From the NCBI GenBank assembly GCA_963675825.2, contig CAXXJY010000003.1:28929-92928 (forward strand): a stretch of 64,000 nucleotides of DNA. The letters run 5' to 3'. Below the pieces are notes generated by a model, which was given only the letters and a program-made list of their open reading frames with translations, had not been told where the DNA came from and did no database searches. Positions 37,294-49,668 of the stretch are shown here, piece after piece. The DNA is from Alteraurantiacibacter sp. Its GTDB lineage: Bacteria; Pseudomonadota; Alphaproteobacteria; Sphingomonadales; Sphingomonadaceae. Made by a program: the position numbers and the translations under genes. The number at the start of each line of letters is the position of its first letter. Positions within the stretch are counted from its first letter, which is position 1.

Positions 37294-38166
37294 TTACTCA
37301 AGCGTTTCGATGATCGCTGAGAAATCGCGCGCCCCGTTCCCCGCCGCATCGAAAGCTTCATACAACTCGCGCGCGCGCTGGCCCATCTGCGGGTCGAGAC
37401 CGGCAGTTTCCGCCGCCGCCATTGCCAGCTTCAGGTCCTTGAGCATCAGCCCCGTGGCAAAGCCACCCTGGTAGCCGTTGTCGGCCGGCGTGGTGGGACC
37501 AACGCCAGGAACAGGGCAATAGCTGGTCATGGACCAGCACTGGCCGGAGGAGACACTGGAAATGTCGTAGAAGGTCTGCGGATCAAGGCCCAGCTTCTGC
37601 GCCATGGCAAAGGCTTCGCAGGTGCCGATCATGTGAATGCCAAGCAGCATGTTGTTGCAGATCTTGGCAGCCTGGCCATTGCCAGCCTGGCCTGCGTGGA
37701 TCACGGCCTTGCCCATGCATTTCAGCACTGGTTCGGCCCGTTTGAAGGCTTCCTCGGTACCGCCGACCATGAATGTGAGCGTGCCCGCGTCGGCCGCCGC
37801 GATGCCGCCCGAAACCGGCGCATCGACCATGGCATGACCCGCCGCTTCGGCAGCCTCTGCCACCTCGCGCGCGGTGGCGACGTCGATGGTCGAGCAATCG
37901 AGGAACACAGCCCCGGCAGGCGCCTTGCCGATCACGTCGTTTTCATAAACCGACTTCACGATTCTACCGTTCGGCAGCATCGAAACCACCGCGTCGACGC
38001 CTTCGCAAGCCTCGGCAGCGGTGGCAAAAGTCTCGCACCCGTTCTCCCGCGCCCTGGCCAGGGCGTCTTCGGACAGGTCGAAGGCGCGCACCGCGTGCCC
38101 GGCCTTCACCAGGTTGGCGGCCATCCCGCCGCCCATGTTGCCAAGGCCGATGAAGGCGATCTTCAT
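37294..38166 (-). CDS. mmsB: 3-hydroxyisobutyrate dehydrogenase
   Basis: 290 aa. [19 protein letters not shown], plus the pattern DAPVSGG...GTLTFMVGG...[10 protein letters not shown]. Located downstream of mmsA and a crotonase. Confidence 0.9.
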   Translation of the reverse strand: MKIAFIGLGNMGGGMAANLVKAGHAVRAFDLSEDALARARENGCETFATAAEACEGVDAVVSMLPNGRIVKSVYENDVIGKAPAGAVFLDCSTIDVATAREVAEAAEAAGHAMVDAPVSGGIAAADAGTLTFMVGGTEEAFKRAEPVLKCMGKAVIHAGQAGNGQAAKICNNMLLGIHMIGTCEAFAMAQKLGLDPQTFYDISSVSSGQCWSMTSYCPVPGVGPTTPADNGYQGGFATGLMLKDLKLAMAAAETAGLDPQMGQRARELYEAFDAAGNGARDFSAIIETLE

Positions 38167-38167
38167 G

Positions 38168-38950
38168 TCAGCGCCCCTTCCACTGGCCTTCGCGCTTCTC
38201 GACGAAGGCGGTCATGCCCTCGACCTTGTCCTCGCTGGCGCAGAGGATCTGGAACAGGCGGCGCTCGAAGGTGAGGCCTTGCTCCAGCGTGGTTTCGAAA
38301 GCGGCGTTGACCATTTCCTTGTTGGCGATGGCCGCCATCGGCGGCTTCGAGGCGATCGTGGCCGCCGTCTTCAGCGCATCTTCCAGTAGCTCGCCATGCG
38401 GCACCACGCGGGCCACCAGACCGGCGCTTTCGGCTTCGGCAGCGTCCATCATCCGGCCCGTCAGGCACAGTTCCATCGCCTTGGCCTTGCCCACCGCGCG
38501 GGTAAGCCGCTGCGATCCGCCCATGCCGGGGGCAACGCCAAGATTGATCTCGGGCTGGCCGAAGCGCGCCTTGTCGCTGGCGAGGATGAAGTCGGCCATC
38601 ATGGCGAGTTCACACCCACCGCCCAGCGCAAAGCCGTTCACGGCGGCGATCCACGGCTTGCGGGTCCCCTTCACCACGTGGGTCTGCCAACCGGAGAAGA
38701 AGTCTTCGAGATAGAAGTCTGCCGCTTCCTTCTCGACCATTTCCTTGATGTCGGCGCCAGCGGCAAAGGCCTTGTCGCCCGATCCGGTCAACACCAGGCA
38801 GCGCTGCGAGCTATCGGCCTCGTAAGCCGCAAAAGCCTCGCCCAGTTCGCGCAGGACGTCGCTGTTCAGCGCGTTCAGCGCTTGCGGACGGTTGAGCGTG
38901 ACCAGCGTCACTGCGTCACGCTGTTCGACGAGGATGTTTTCGTAAGCCAT
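38168..38950 (-). CDS. Enoyl-CoA hydratase (short-chain crotonase)
   Basis: 260 aa. VTLNRPQALNAL, LTGSGDKAFAAGADIKEM, AAVNGFALGGGCELAM, and a C-terminus EGMTAFVEKREGQWKGR. Confidence 0.9.
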   Translation of the reverse strand: MAYENILVEQRDAVTLVTLNRPQALNALNSDVLRELGEAFAAYEADSSQRCLVLTGSGDKAFAAGADIKEMVEKEAADFYLEDFFSGWQTHVVKGTRKPWIAAVNGFALGGGCELAMMADFILASDKARFGQPEINLGVAPGMGGSQRLTRAVGKAKAMELCLTGRMMDAAEAESAGLVARVVPHGELLEDALKTAATIASKPPMAAIANKEMVNAAFETTLEQGLTFERRLFQILCASEDKVEGMTAFVEKREGQWKGR

Positions 38951-38966
38951 GTGGGAAACTCCGTTG

Positions 38967-40466
38967 TCAGCCCATTGTAGGGATCACGAAGGCGTTACTG
39001 CCATCGCCGCCGCCATCAGGCCAGCGCTGGGTAATCTTTTTGGACTTGGTCCAGAACCGCAGGCCTTCCATGCCGTACTGGTCGATGTCGCCAAAGCCTG
39101 AGCGCTTCCATCCGCCGAAGCTGTGATAGCTCACCGGCACCGGTATCGGCACGTTGATGCCAACCATGCCGACATTCACCCTTGCAGCAAATTCGCGTGC
39201 GGCGTGGCCGTTGCGCGTGAAGATGGCGACGCCGTTGCCATACTGGTGCTCGCTCGGCAGCCGCAATGCCTCTTCGAAGTCGTTCGCGCGCACGATCTGG
39301 AGGACCGGACCGAAGATTTCTTCCTTGTAGCTCTCCATGTCGGGCGTGACCCGATCAAGCAGGGTCGGACCGACGAAGAAGCCGTTCTCGTGCCCCTGCA
39401 GGCTGAACCCGCGCCCATCGATCACCACCTCGGCGCCTTCCTTCTCGGCAGTGTCGATCCAGCCTTCGATGCGAGCCTTGTGTTCGGGCGTCACCACCGG
39501 GCCATAGTGCGCCTCTGGATCGGTCGACACACCCACGCGCAGCGCGTGGATGGCCGGGATCAGCTTTTCGCGCAATCGCTCGGCCGTGTCCTCGCCCACC
39601 GGCACCACCACCGGCAACGCCATGCAGCGTTCGCCGGCAGAGCCGAAGGCCGCGCCCGCCAGATCGTTCACCACCTGGTCGAGATCGGCATCAGGCATAA
39701 CCACGCCATGGTTCTTCGCCCCGCCAAATGCCTGCACGCGCTTCGCGTTGGCCGTACCGCGAGAGTAGATATATTGTGCAATGTCGGACGAGCCGACAAA
39801 GCTGATGGCGGAGATATCGGGGTGGTCGAGGATGGCGTCGACCATTTCCTTGTCGCCGTGCACCACCTGCAAGAGGCCTTCGGGCGCGCCTGCCTCAAGG
39901 AACAACTCAGCCAGCCGCACCGGCACGCTGGGATCGCGCTCGCTGGGCTTGAGGATGAAGGCGTTACCCGCCGCAATCGCCATGCCGAACATCCACATCG
40001 GGATCATCGCCGGGAAGTTGAACGGGGTGATCCCCGCGCCAATCCCCAGCGGCTGGCGCATCGAATAGACGTCAATGCCCGGCCCCGCCCCGTTGGTGAA
40101 TTCTCCCTTCAGCGCCTGGGGAATGCCACAGGCGAATTCGATCACTTCCAGCCCTCGCTGCAGGTCGCCCTTGGCATCGTCGATGACCTTGCCGTGCTCG
40201 CTGGAGAGCAGTTCGGCCAGTTCCTGCATGTTCTCTTCGAGCAGTTGCTTGAACTTGAACATAATCCGCGCACGTCGTTGCGGGTTGGTGGCGGCCCATT
40301 CGGGCTGCACCTTCTTCGCGTTCTCAACCGCGCGGGCCAGTAACGCGGCATCGCCCAACGCAACCTCGGCCTGCACTTCGCCGGTAGAGGGGTTCCACAC
40401 CTTGTGTGTCCGGCCACTGCTGCTGCTGCCTTCGTAGCCTTGAATGAAGTGGTCGATCTGTCGCAT
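38967..40466 (-). CDS. mmsA: CoA-acylating methylmalonate-semialdehyde dehydrogenase
   Basis: 499 aa from MRQIDHFIQGYEG..., with GAGGA 9 nt upstream. Aldehyde dehydrogenase motifs ITPFNFPAMIPMWM, KPSERDP and FGSAGERCMA are present. The C-terminus is typical of MmsA (HSFGGWKRSGFGD). The track ORF extends further upstream, to 40820. Confidence 0.92.
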   Translation of the reverse strand: MRQIDHFIQGYEGSSSSGRTHKVWNPSTGEVQAEVALGDAALLARAVENAKKVQPEWAATNPQRRARIMFKFKQLLEENMQELAELLSSEHGKVIDDAKGDLQRGLEVIEFACGIPQALKGEFTNGAGPGIDVYSMRQPLGIGAGITPFNFPAMIPMWMFGMAIAAGNAFILKPSERDPSVPVRLAELFLEAGAPEGLLQVVHGDKEMVDAILDHPDISAISFVGSSDIAQYIYSRGTANAKRVQAFGGAKNHGVVMPDADLDQVVNDLAGAAFGSAGERCMALPVVVPVGEDTAERLREKLIPAIHALRVGVSTDPEAHYGPVVTPEHKARIEGWIDTAEKEGAEVVIDGRGFSLQGHENGFFVGPTLLDRVTPDMESYKEEIFGPVLQIVRANDFEEALRLPSEHQYGNGVAIFTRNGHAAREFAARVNVGMVGINVPIPVPVSYHSFGGWKRSGFGDIDQYGMEGLRFWTKSKKITQRWPDGGGDGSNAFVIPTMG

Positions 40467-40534
40467 GGGAAACTCATCCTCAAAGATTGGAAGGTCCTCG
40501 ATGCAGGACGGAAAACTTACAGACAAGCACCATT

Positions 40535-40555
40535 TTTGCAGACATAAGCTGCAAA
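40535..40555. promoter_or_regulatory. Perfect 7-7-7 palindrome TTTGCAG-ACATAAG-CTGCAAA in the mmsA/lysR divergent region
   Basis: Read directly from the sequence. It ends 1 nt before the LysR ATG (40557). This is a candidate regulator-binding site. No Shine-Dalgarno is visible for the LysR gene. Confidence 0.35.
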
Positions 40556-40556
40556 T

Positions 40557-41456
40557 ATGCAGGAACTGAACTGGAATGATGTGCGCGTGTTCCTTGCCGT
40601 GGCCGATGCCGGGCAAATTGGCCGGGCGGCACAGAAGCTGAAGCTTGACCCGACCACACTGGGCCGACGCCTCAAACGGCTCGAACAGCGCCTCGAGGTC
40701 ACGCTGTTCGAACGGACGCGCAACGGGCAGGTCCTTACGGAAGCAGGCGAAGCCCTGCTCGCCAAGGCCGAAGGAATGGCCGAACTGGCCCGCATGATCG
40801 ACGAGGTCGCGGTATCGCACTCGGGCTTGAGCGGCACCTTGCGCCTGAGTGTATCGGAAGGCTTTGGCAGCCAGTTCCTGACGCCCTACCTCAGTTCATT
40901 CGCAAAGCAGCACCCGGCACTCACGATCGAACTTGTGGCCAACAGCGGTTTCCTGAGTCCTTCCCGACGCGAAGCCGACATTGCCGTCATGCTTTCTCGC
41001 CCCAAGGCCGGGCCTGTCTTGTGCCGAAAGCTGTCGGACTACCGGCTGAAACTCTACGCCAGCCATTCCTATCTTGATCAGCATGGCACTCCTGAATCTC
41101 CGGCCGACCTCGAACAGGGCCATAACCTCGTCAGCTACGTGCCCGACCTGCTCTATGCGCCAGAACTGAACTACCTTGATGATTTCCACGCCGGAATCGA
41201 AGCGCAAATCCGATCCTCCAGCATCAATGCGCAGCACCAACTCGTCGAATCCGGCGCAGGCATTGGAGTTCTGCCGTGCTTCATCGCAGAAAGATCGAAC
41301 AATCTACGGGTCGTCTGCCCCGAAAAGGCTATCGAGCGAAGCTTTTGGATCGTGACCCACCGTGACACACAGAATCTTGCCAAAGTGCGAGCCGGCAAGG
41401 AGTGGCTGGCGCATTGCGTGACACAGGGGCGTGAGCGGCTTCTCCCGGAACTCTGA
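40557..41456 (+). CDS. LysR-family transcriptional regulator, divergent from mmsA
   Basis: 299 aa. The N-terminal wHTH is MQELNWNDVRVFLAVADAGQIGRAAQKLKLDPTTLGRRLKRLEQRLEVTLFER. The length and C-terminal substrate-binding domain are typical. Confidence 0.9.
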   Translation: MQELNWNDVRVFLAVADAGQIGRAAQKLKLDPTTLGRRLKRLEQRLEVTLFERTRNGQVLTEAGEALLAKAEGMAELARMIDEVAVSHSGLSGTLRLSVSEGFGSQFLTPYLSSFAKQHPALTIELVANSGFLSPSRREADIAVMLSRPKAGPVLCRKLSDYRLKLYASHSYLDQHGTPESPADLEQGHNLVSYVPDLLYAPELNYLDDFHAGIEAQIRSSSINAQHQLVESGAGIGVLPCFIAERSNNLRVVCPEKAIERSFWIVTHRDTQNLAKVRAGKEWLAHCVTQGRERLLPEL

Positions 41457-41459
41457 AAC

Positions 41460-41634
41460 CTGAATAGTTGCGCCTTAGGCACAGGCGATTGCATGCCCAA
41501 CCTCCGTTGACGGCCTATCGCCCGAAAGGTGGGCGACCCCGCCCAATAGCTAGCCGCAGGCCAACTGCGGCCTGCGCCCCGCCATGCCCGGTGCCGACGA
41601 TCAGTATATCCGTCACATCGGAATGTGACTTCAC
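41460..41634 (-). pseudogene. N-terminal stump of an FAD/NAD(P)-dependent ferredoxin-reductase-like oxidoreductase
   Basis: Hand translation from GTG 41634 gives [39 protein letters not shown], which contains a GxGxxG dinucleotide fold. After a frame shift, ...AGSPTFRAIGRQRRLGMQSPVPKAQL resembles the IGxE...PLSKAYL block of this family. The homology runs into the 3' end of the LysR gene and then stops. Confidence 0.45.
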
Positions 41635-41641
41635 CAGGGTC

Positions 41642-42568
41642 TTAGACCTTCCCCACCATTTCCGGGACGGCGTTGAAGAGGTCTGCGACGAGGCCGATGT
41701 CGGCGACCTGGAAGATGGGTGCGTCGGGGTCCTTGTTGATGGCGACGATCACCTTGGAGTCCTTCATGCCGGCAAGGTGCTGGATCGCGCCAGAGATGCC
41801 AATCGCGATGTAGACGTCGGGCGCCACGATCTTGCCGGTCTGGCCGACCTGGTAATCGTTGGGAACGTAGCCTGCGTCGACAGCGGCACGGCTGGCGCCG
41901 ATGGCCGCGCCCAGCTTGTCCGCCAGTGGGGTGATGGTGGCCTCGAAGGTCTCGGCATCCTTCAGCGCGCGCCCACCCGAGACGATGATCCCCGCACTGG
42001 TCAGCTCGGGACGGTCGCTCTTCACCGCATCGAGGCTGACGAAGCTGGACAGGCCCGCATCGCCGGGACCGGACACGGCCTCGACCGAGGCGCTGCCACC
42101 GCTCGCCTCGGCCTTGTCGAAGGCCGTGGTGCGCACGGTGATCACCAGCTTGGGGTCAGAGCTCTCCACCGTGGCAATGGCATTGCCGGCATAGATCGGA
42201 CGGGTGAAGCTCTTTGGCCCTTCCACGCTGATCACGTCGGACACCTGCATCACGTCGAGCATGGCCGCCACGCGCGGCAGCACGTTCTTGCCGGTGGTGG
42301 TGGCAGGGGCGAGCACGGCGTCGTAGCCGTCTATGAGCCCGGCAATCAGCGGGGCGACGTTCTCGGCCAGACCATTGGCATAGGCAGCATCAGATGTCAC
42401 CAGCACCTTCTCGACACCGGCAATGGCGGCGTGGGCATCGCCTGCGGCCTGCGATCCGGCGACCAGCACGTGGACCGGGCCGCCCAGCGCAGCTGCGGCA
42501 GTGACTGTAGCGAGCGTGGCATCGGCGACACCGTCGCCGTGGGGTTCAGCAAGTACAAGAGCAGTCAT
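41642..42568 (-). CDS. etfA: Electron transfer flavoprotein alpha subunit
   Basis: 308 aa. The C-terminal FAD-binding block is VSGGRALK...[71 protein letters not shown]. Confidence 0.92.
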   Translation of the reverse strand: MTALVLAEPHGDGVADATLATVTAAAALGGPVHVLVAGSQAAGDAHAAIAGVEKVLVTSDAAYANGLAENVAPLIAGLIDGYDAVLAPATTTGKNVLPRVAAMLDVMQVSDVISVEGPKSFTRPIYAGNAIATVESSDPKLVITVRTTAFDKAEASGGSASVEAVSGPGDAGLSSFVSLDAVKSDRPELTSAGIIVSGGRALKDAETFEATITPLADKLGAAIGASRAAVDAGYVPNDYQVGQTGKIVAPDVYIAIGISGAIQHLAGMKDSKVIVAINKDPDAPIFQVADIGLVADLFNAVPEMVGKV

Positions 42569-43314
42569 CAGATGGCTCCCAGGGCTTTGAGCTTGGCCAC
42601 CAGCGCATCGACATCAGGCACGATCTCGCCTGCTGAACGCACCGGGGGTTCGGCAACATGGGTGGTGGCAAGGCGAGGAGTGACATCGACGCCGTAGTCA
42701 GCCGGCGTCTTCACATCCAAAGGCTTCTTCTTCGCCTTCATGATGTTGGGCAAGCTCGCATAGCGCGGCTCGTTCAAACGCAGGTCAGTGGTAACCACGG
42801 CAGGCAGGCTCAGCTTCACCGTCTCCAGCCCGCCGTCGACCTCGCGGGTGACGCTGACGGCATCGCCCTCGATCTCCACCTTCGATGCAAAGGTGCCCTG
42901 CGGACGGCCCATCAAGGCCGCCAGCATCTGGCCTGTCTGGTTGCAGTCATCGTCGATCGCCTGCTTGCCCAGCATGACAATGCCGGGGCCTTCCTCGTCG
43001 ACAATCGCCTTGAGGATCTTGGCCACGGCCAGCGGCTCCACGGTCTCATCGGTCTCCACCAGCACCGCCCGGTCCGCGCCCATCGCCAGCGCCGTGCGCA
43101 GCGTTTCCTGCGCCTTGGCCGGACCCACGCTCACGGCCACGACCTCCTCGGCCTTGCCCGCTTCCTTCAGCCGCAGCGCTTCCTCCACCGCAATCTCGTC
43201 AAACGGGTTCATGCTCATCTTCACGTTCGCAAGATCAACACCAGACCCATCCGCCTTAACACGCGGCTTCACGTTGTAATCAATCACCCGCTTCACGGGC
43301 ACGAGGATCTTCAT
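42568..43314 (-). CDS. etfB: Electron transfer flavoprotein beta subunit
   Basis: 248 aa. [51 protein letters not shown]. The stop overlaps the etfA ATG by 1 nt. Confidence 0.92.
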   Translation of the reverse strand: MKILVPVKRVIDYNVKPRVKADGSGVDLANVKMSMNPFDEIAVEEALRLKEAGKAEEVVAVSVGPAKAQETLRTALAMGADRAVLVETDETVEPLAVAKILKAIVDEEGPGIVMLGKQAIDDDCNQTGQMLAALMGRPQGTFASKVEIEGDAVSVTREVDGGLETVKLSLPAVVTTDLRLNEPRYASLPNIMKAKKKPLDVKTPADYGVDVTPRLATTHVAEPPVRSAGEIVPDVDALVAKLKALGAI

Positions 43315-43323
43315 GGGGCGCTC

Positions 43324-45333
43324 CTATTCCAGTTCGAGGATCACGGCGTCGACGACGAGCGTTTCGCCTTGAGCAGCGTTGATGGTGGCCACGGTGCCGG
43401 CCTTCTCCGCGCGCAGGATGTTTTCCATTTTCATGGCCTCGACCGTGGCCAGCGGCTGACCGGCTTCGACCTTGTCGCCTTCGGCCACGTGCAGCGAGAC
43501 CAGCAGGCCGGGCATCGGGCACAACAGCATTTTGCTGGTATCGGGCGGCACCTTCTCGATCATGTGGCTGGCCAGCGGCGCGACTTGGGCGGGCAGTGCG
43601 CTGGCCTTGTAGGTGCGACCGTGGGTATTGATCAGCCAGTGCGGGCGCTGGCGGGTGACCTTCAGGCCCAGAGTCTCGCCGCCTGCTTGCGTGGCCGTGG
43701 CCTTGCGCATGCCGGGGCGCCAGTCGCAGGTGCCCTCCACCGTATGACCATCGACCACAGCGTGGCCATCGCCCAGCGTCACGGCATGCTCCACCCCATC
43801 GACGCGCACCACCCATTCGCTGCCGATCGGAAGCGGGCCGTCAAGCTGGCCGCTGATCTGCCGCTGACGCGCCTGGTGGGTAAACTCGATGCCTGCGGCA
43901 ATCGCCGCAATTACGCGGGTGCGGGCTTCGCTGGTCGCCGCGCCTTCGAACCCTTCCGGATATTCTTCGGCGATGAAGCCGGTGGTGAGCTCGCCTGCAC
44001 GAAAGCGCGGGTGCTGCATCAGGGCGGAGAGGAAATCGACATTGTGACCGAGCCCTTCCAGTTCCACCTGGTCGAGCGCTTTGATCTGAAGGTCTGCGGC
44101 CTCGTCGCGAGATGCCCCCCAGGTCACCAGCTTGGCGATCATCGGATCGTAAAAGATCGACACCTCGCCGCCTTCGGTTACACCCGAGTCCACGCGCACG
44201 CCATCAACGCCGCGCAAATCCCCATCCCAGGCCGGAACGGGCGTGGCATAGCGCACCAGCCGCCCGGTGCTGGGCAGGAAGCCGCGATAGGGGTCTTCGG
44301 CGTAGATGCGGTTTTCGATCGCCCAGCCGTCGATACCGATATCGTCCTGCGTCATCTCAAGCTTCTCGCCCGCAGCCACGCGGATCATCTGCTCGACCAG
44401 GTCCACGCCGGTGATCGCCTCGGTAACCGGATGCTCCACCTGCAGGCGGGTGTTCATCTCGAGGAAGTAGAAGCTCTCGCCGGTCGGGTCCGCACCGGAG
44501 ACGATCAGCTCCACCGTGCCTGCCGAGTGGTAATCCACCGCCTTGGCCAGCGCCACGCACTGCTCGCCCATCTTGCGGCGCATCTCGGGGGTGACGAAGG
44601 GGCTTGGCGCTTCCTCCACCACCTTCTGGTGGCGGCGCTGGATGCTGCATTCGCGCTCGTTGAGGTAAAGCACGGTGCCGTGCTTGTCGCCCAGCACCTG
44701 GATCTCGATATGGCGCGGGTCCTCGATGAACTTTTCGATGAAGACGCGGTCGTCGCCGAACGAGTTCAGGCCTTCGCGCTTGGTCGCCTCGAACCCTTCG
44801 CGCACGTCCTGTTCGGACCATGCAAGGCGCATGCCCTTGCCCCCGCCCCCGGCAGAGGCCTTCATCATCACCGGGTAGCCGATATCGTTGCTGATCTCGA
44901 CCGCATGCTCGGTATCGCGGATCTCGCCGACAAAGCCGGGCACGACGTTGACCCCCGCTGCCTTCGCCAGCTTCTTGGACTCGATCTTGTCGCCCATCGC
45001 CGCGATGGCATTCGCGGGCGGGCCGATGAAGGCGATGCCTTCTGCTTCCAGCGCCTCGACGAAGCTCGCCCGCTCGGAGAGGAAGCCGTAGCCCGGATGG
45101 ACGGCCTCGGCCCCGGTCTGCTTACACGCCGCGATGATCTTGTCGGCCAGCAGGTAGGACTCGTTGGCAGGCGCAGGGCCGATATGCACTGCTTCGTCCG
45201 CCATCTGCACAAAGGGCGCGCGCGCATCGGCATCGGAGTAGACCGCAACTGTCGCAATACCCATGCGCCGTGCCGTCTTGATGACACGGCACGCGATCTC
45301 GCCGCGATTGGCGATGAGGATCTTGGTGAACAT
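43324..45333 (-). CDS. pccA: Propionyl-CoA (acyl-CoA) carboxylase alpha subunit: biotin carboxylase plus BCCP domains
   Basis: [18 protein letters not shown]..., with a C-terminal biotinyl motif EAMKMEN. I prefer the ATG at 45333; a GTG at 45336 is also possible. It overlaps the sucD stop. Confidence 0.92.
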   Translation of the reverse strand: MFTKILIANRGEIACRVIKTARRMGIATVAVYSDADARAPFVQMADEAVHIGPAPANESYLLADKIIAACKQTGAEAVHPGYGFLSERASFVEALEAEGIAFIGPPANAIAAMGDKIESKKLAKAAGVNVVPGFVGEIRDTEHAVEISNDIGYPVMMKASAGGGGKGMRLAWSEQDVREGFEATKREGLNSFGDDRVFIEKFIEDPRHIEIQVLGDKHGTVLYLNERECSIQRRHQKVVEEAPSPFVTPEMRRKMGEQCVALAKAVDYHSAGTVELIVSGADPTGESFYFLEMNTRLQVEHPVTEAITGVDLVEQMIRVAAGEKLEMTQDDIGIDGWAIENRIYAEDPYRGFLPSTGRLVRYATPVPAWDGDLRGVDGVRVDSGVTEGGEVSIFYDPMIAKLVTWGASRDEAADLQIKALDQVELEGLGHNVDFLSALMQHPRFRAGELTTGFIAEEYPEGFEGAATSEARTRVIAAIAAGIEFTHQARQRQISGQLDGPLPIGSEWVVRVDGVEHAVTLGDGHAVVDGHTVEGTCDWRPGMRKATATQAGGETLGLKVTRQRPHWLINTHGRTYKASALPAQVAPLASHMIEKVPPDTSKMLLCPMPGLLVSLHVAEGDKVEAGQPLATVEAMKMENILRAEKAGTVATINAAQGETLVVDAVILELE

Positions 45334-46219
45334 CACGCCAGTTCCTTCAGCAGCGCGTCGAGCGTGGTGCCCAGCTCGCTGGGCGAGGGGGACACGCGGA
45401 TGCCCGCATCTTCCATCGCCGCGATCTTGCTTTCCGCATCGCCCTTGCCGCCCGACACGATGGCGCCGGCATGGCCCATGCGGCGGCCCGGAGGGGCGGT
45501 GCGACCGGCGATGAAGCCGACCATCGGCTTGGAACGACCTTTAGCCGCTTCCTGCTTGATGAATTTTGCTGCTTCCTCCTCCGCAGAACCACCGATCTCG
45601 CCGATCATGATGATCGACTTGGTGTCGTCGTCGGACAGGAACAGGTCGAGCACGTCGATGAAGTTGGTGCCGTTCACCGGATCGCCGCCGATGCCGACAG
45701 CGGTGGTCTGGCCAAGGCCCACCGCCGTGGTCTGGTGCACGGCTTCGTAGGTGAGCGTACCCGAACGGCTGACGACGCCGACGCTGCCCTTCTGGAAGAT
45801 GGAGCCGGGCATGATGCCGATCTTGCACTCTTCCGGGGTCAGCACGCCGGGGCAGTTCGGGCCGATCAGGCGGCTCTTGCTGCCCGACAGTGCCCGCTTG
45901 GCGCGCACCATGTCCATCACCGGAATGCCCTCGGTGATGCACACGATCAGCTCGATCTCGGCCTCGATCGCCTCGCAGATCGCGTCAGCGGCAAACGGCG
46001 GCGGCACGTAGATGCACGATGCACTGGCGCCGGTGGCCTCCTTCGCCTCGCGCACGGTGTTGAACTGCGGCAGGCCGATATGCTCGGTTCCGCCCTTGCC
46101 CGGCGTGACACCGGCAACCATCTGCGTACCGTAATCCAGCGCCTGCTGGGTGTGGAAGGTGCCGGTGTTGCCGGTCATCCCCTGGGTGATGACCTTGGTG
46201 TCCTTGTTGACGAGGATGC

Positions 46220-46223
<4 letters not shown>
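45333..46223 (-). CDS. sucD: Succinyl-CoA synthetase alpha subunit
   Basis: 296 aa from [45 protein letters not shown], with AAGGAAGGAG upstream. Contains [15 protein letters not shown] and the phosphohistidine loop MGHAGAI. The track ORF extends upstream into sucC. Confidence 0.92.
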
Positions 46224-47421
<1,198 letters not shown>

Positions 47422-47425
<4 letters not shown>

Positions 47426-49668
47426 TCAGTTTCACCTTCCATAGTGAATTCTTCTCCGGCAGGCGGCATATTGTGGCCCAGCAGGCGCAGCACGTCGGCG
47501 GCGGCTTCGACCACATTGGTGCCGGGACCGTAGATGCCCTGCACGCCGGCCTTCTTGAGGAAGTCGTAGTCCTGTGGCGGGATCACGCCGCCGGCGATCA
47601 CCTTGATGTCGGCCCGGCCGGCGTCCTTCAGGTGGCCGATCAGCTCGGGGATCAGCGTCTTGTGGCCTGCCGCCAGCGAGCTTGCGCCCACGGCGTCGAC
47701 CTGGCGCTCCAGCGCCATCCTGGCGGTCTCTTCGGGTGTCTGGAACAGCGGGCCGGAGATGACCTCGAAGCCCATGTCGGCAAAGGCGGATGCGATCACG
47801 TTGGCGCCGCGATCGTGCCCGTCCTGGCCCATCTTGGCGACCAGCAGGCGCGGCGCATGGCCCAGGCGGCGGGTGACAGCCTCGACGCCCTCGACCACGG
47901 CGGCGTAGCGCGCATCGCCTTCGTAGGCGGCGGCATAGACGCCCTTCACCGGGGTCGGCACCGTGTCATAGCGCCCGAAGGCCTTTTCCATCGCGGCAGA
48001 GATCTCGCCCAGCGTGGCGTCGGCACGCGCGGCTTCCACCGCCAGCGCCAGCAGGTTGCTCTCGCTCTCGGCCGCCAGCTTCTCCAGCTGCGAGGGCGGC
48101 AGCGGCACGCCCTTCTCGTCGCGCCCTTCGGCCAGCAGCGCGGCGTTGGCCGAGCGGTCCACCTGCGCGCCGCGAGTGAGGTTCGCCAAGGCAACCTTCA
48201 CCGCTTCCTCGTCGCGATTGCGGCGCACCTTCTCGATCCGCGCGATCTGACTGGCGCGCACGGCGTGGTTGTCGATATCGAGCGTGTCGATCGGGTCTTC
48301 TTCCACCTTGCGGTACTTGTTGACCCCGACGATCACCGTCTCGCCCCGGTCGATCTGCGCCTGCTTGGCCGCGGCCGCTTCCTCGATCGCGGCCTTGGGC
48401 TTGCCGCTCGCGACATAGGCAGTCATCCCCCCTGCCGCGTCCACCTCTTCGATCAGCGCGCGGGCCTTGTTGGCGATCTCGGCCGTCAGCGCCTCGATGT
48501 AATAGCTGCCGCCCAGCGGATCGGCGACGTTGCACACGCCGCTTTCCTCCTGCAGCACCAGCTGGGTGTTGCGCGCAATGCGGGCGGAGAAGTCGGTCGG
48601 CAGCGCAATCGCCTCGTCCAACGCATTGGTGTGCAGGCTCTGCGTGCCGCCCAGCACGGCGGACAGCGCTTCCAGCGTGGTCCGGATCACGTTGTTGTAG
48701 GGGTCCTGCTCCTGCAGGCTGACGCCGCTGGTCTGGCAATGCGTGCGCAGCATCTTCGACTTGGGGTTCTGCGCGCCAAGCTCGGTCATCACATCGTGCC
48801 ACAAAGTGCGCGCGGCGCGCATCTTGGCGATCTCCATGAAGAAGTTCATCCCGATGCCCCAGAAGAAGCTCAGCCGCGGCGCGAAGGCATCGATGTCGAG
48901 CCCCGTCTCCATCGCGCGCTTCGCGTATTCCTTGCCGTCGGCAATGGTGAAGGCCAGCTCCTGCACCGCCGTGGCGCCTGCCTCGTGCATGTGATAGCCG
49001 CTGATCGAGATTGAGTTGAAGCGCGGCATGTGCGCACTAGTGTAGGCGATGATGTCCGACACGATCCGCATCGATGGCTCGGGCGGATAGATATAGGTGT
49101 TGCGGACCATGAACTCTTTCAGGATGTCGTTCTGGATGGTGCCGCTCAGCTTCTCTTGCGAGACGCCCTGCCGCTCTGCCGCCACGATATAGAACGCCAT
49201 CACCGGGATCACCGCGCCGTTCATCGTCATCGACACGCTCATCTCGTCGAGCGGAATCTGGTCGAACAGAATCTCCATGTCGCGCACGGTATCAATGGCG
49301 ACGCCCGCCTTGCCGACATCGCCGACAACGCGCGGATGGTCCGAATCGTAACCGCGATGGGTGGCGAGGTCGAAAGCGACACTCAGCCCCTTTTGCCCAG
49401 CGGCGAGATTGCGGCGATAGAAGGCGTTGCTCTCCTCCGCCGTCGAGAACCCCGCATATTGCCGGATCGTCCAAGGGCGGCCCGTGTACATGCTGGCATA
49501 GGGCCCACGCGTGAACGGTTCGAAGCCCGGCAGGCCCGGGGCAAGCCCCTCAACATCACCCGCCGTATACAGCGGCTGCACGGCAATCCCCTCGGGCGTA
49601 TGCCACACAAGATCGCGCCCCTTCACCTCTTTGGCAGCGCGCTCCTGCCAGGCGGATTTGGTCGGTTT

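Noticed and set aside
42658-45750. A 1,030-aa plus-strand ORF. Similar long antisense ORFs lie at 41468-42697, 47473-49014, 36150-37313 and 57991-59352
   Set aside because: All lie opposite well-supported genes (etfB/pccA/sucD, etfA, mcm, pccB, hypE/hypF). They have the Arg/His/Gly/Asp-rich composition of GC-rich antisense frames.
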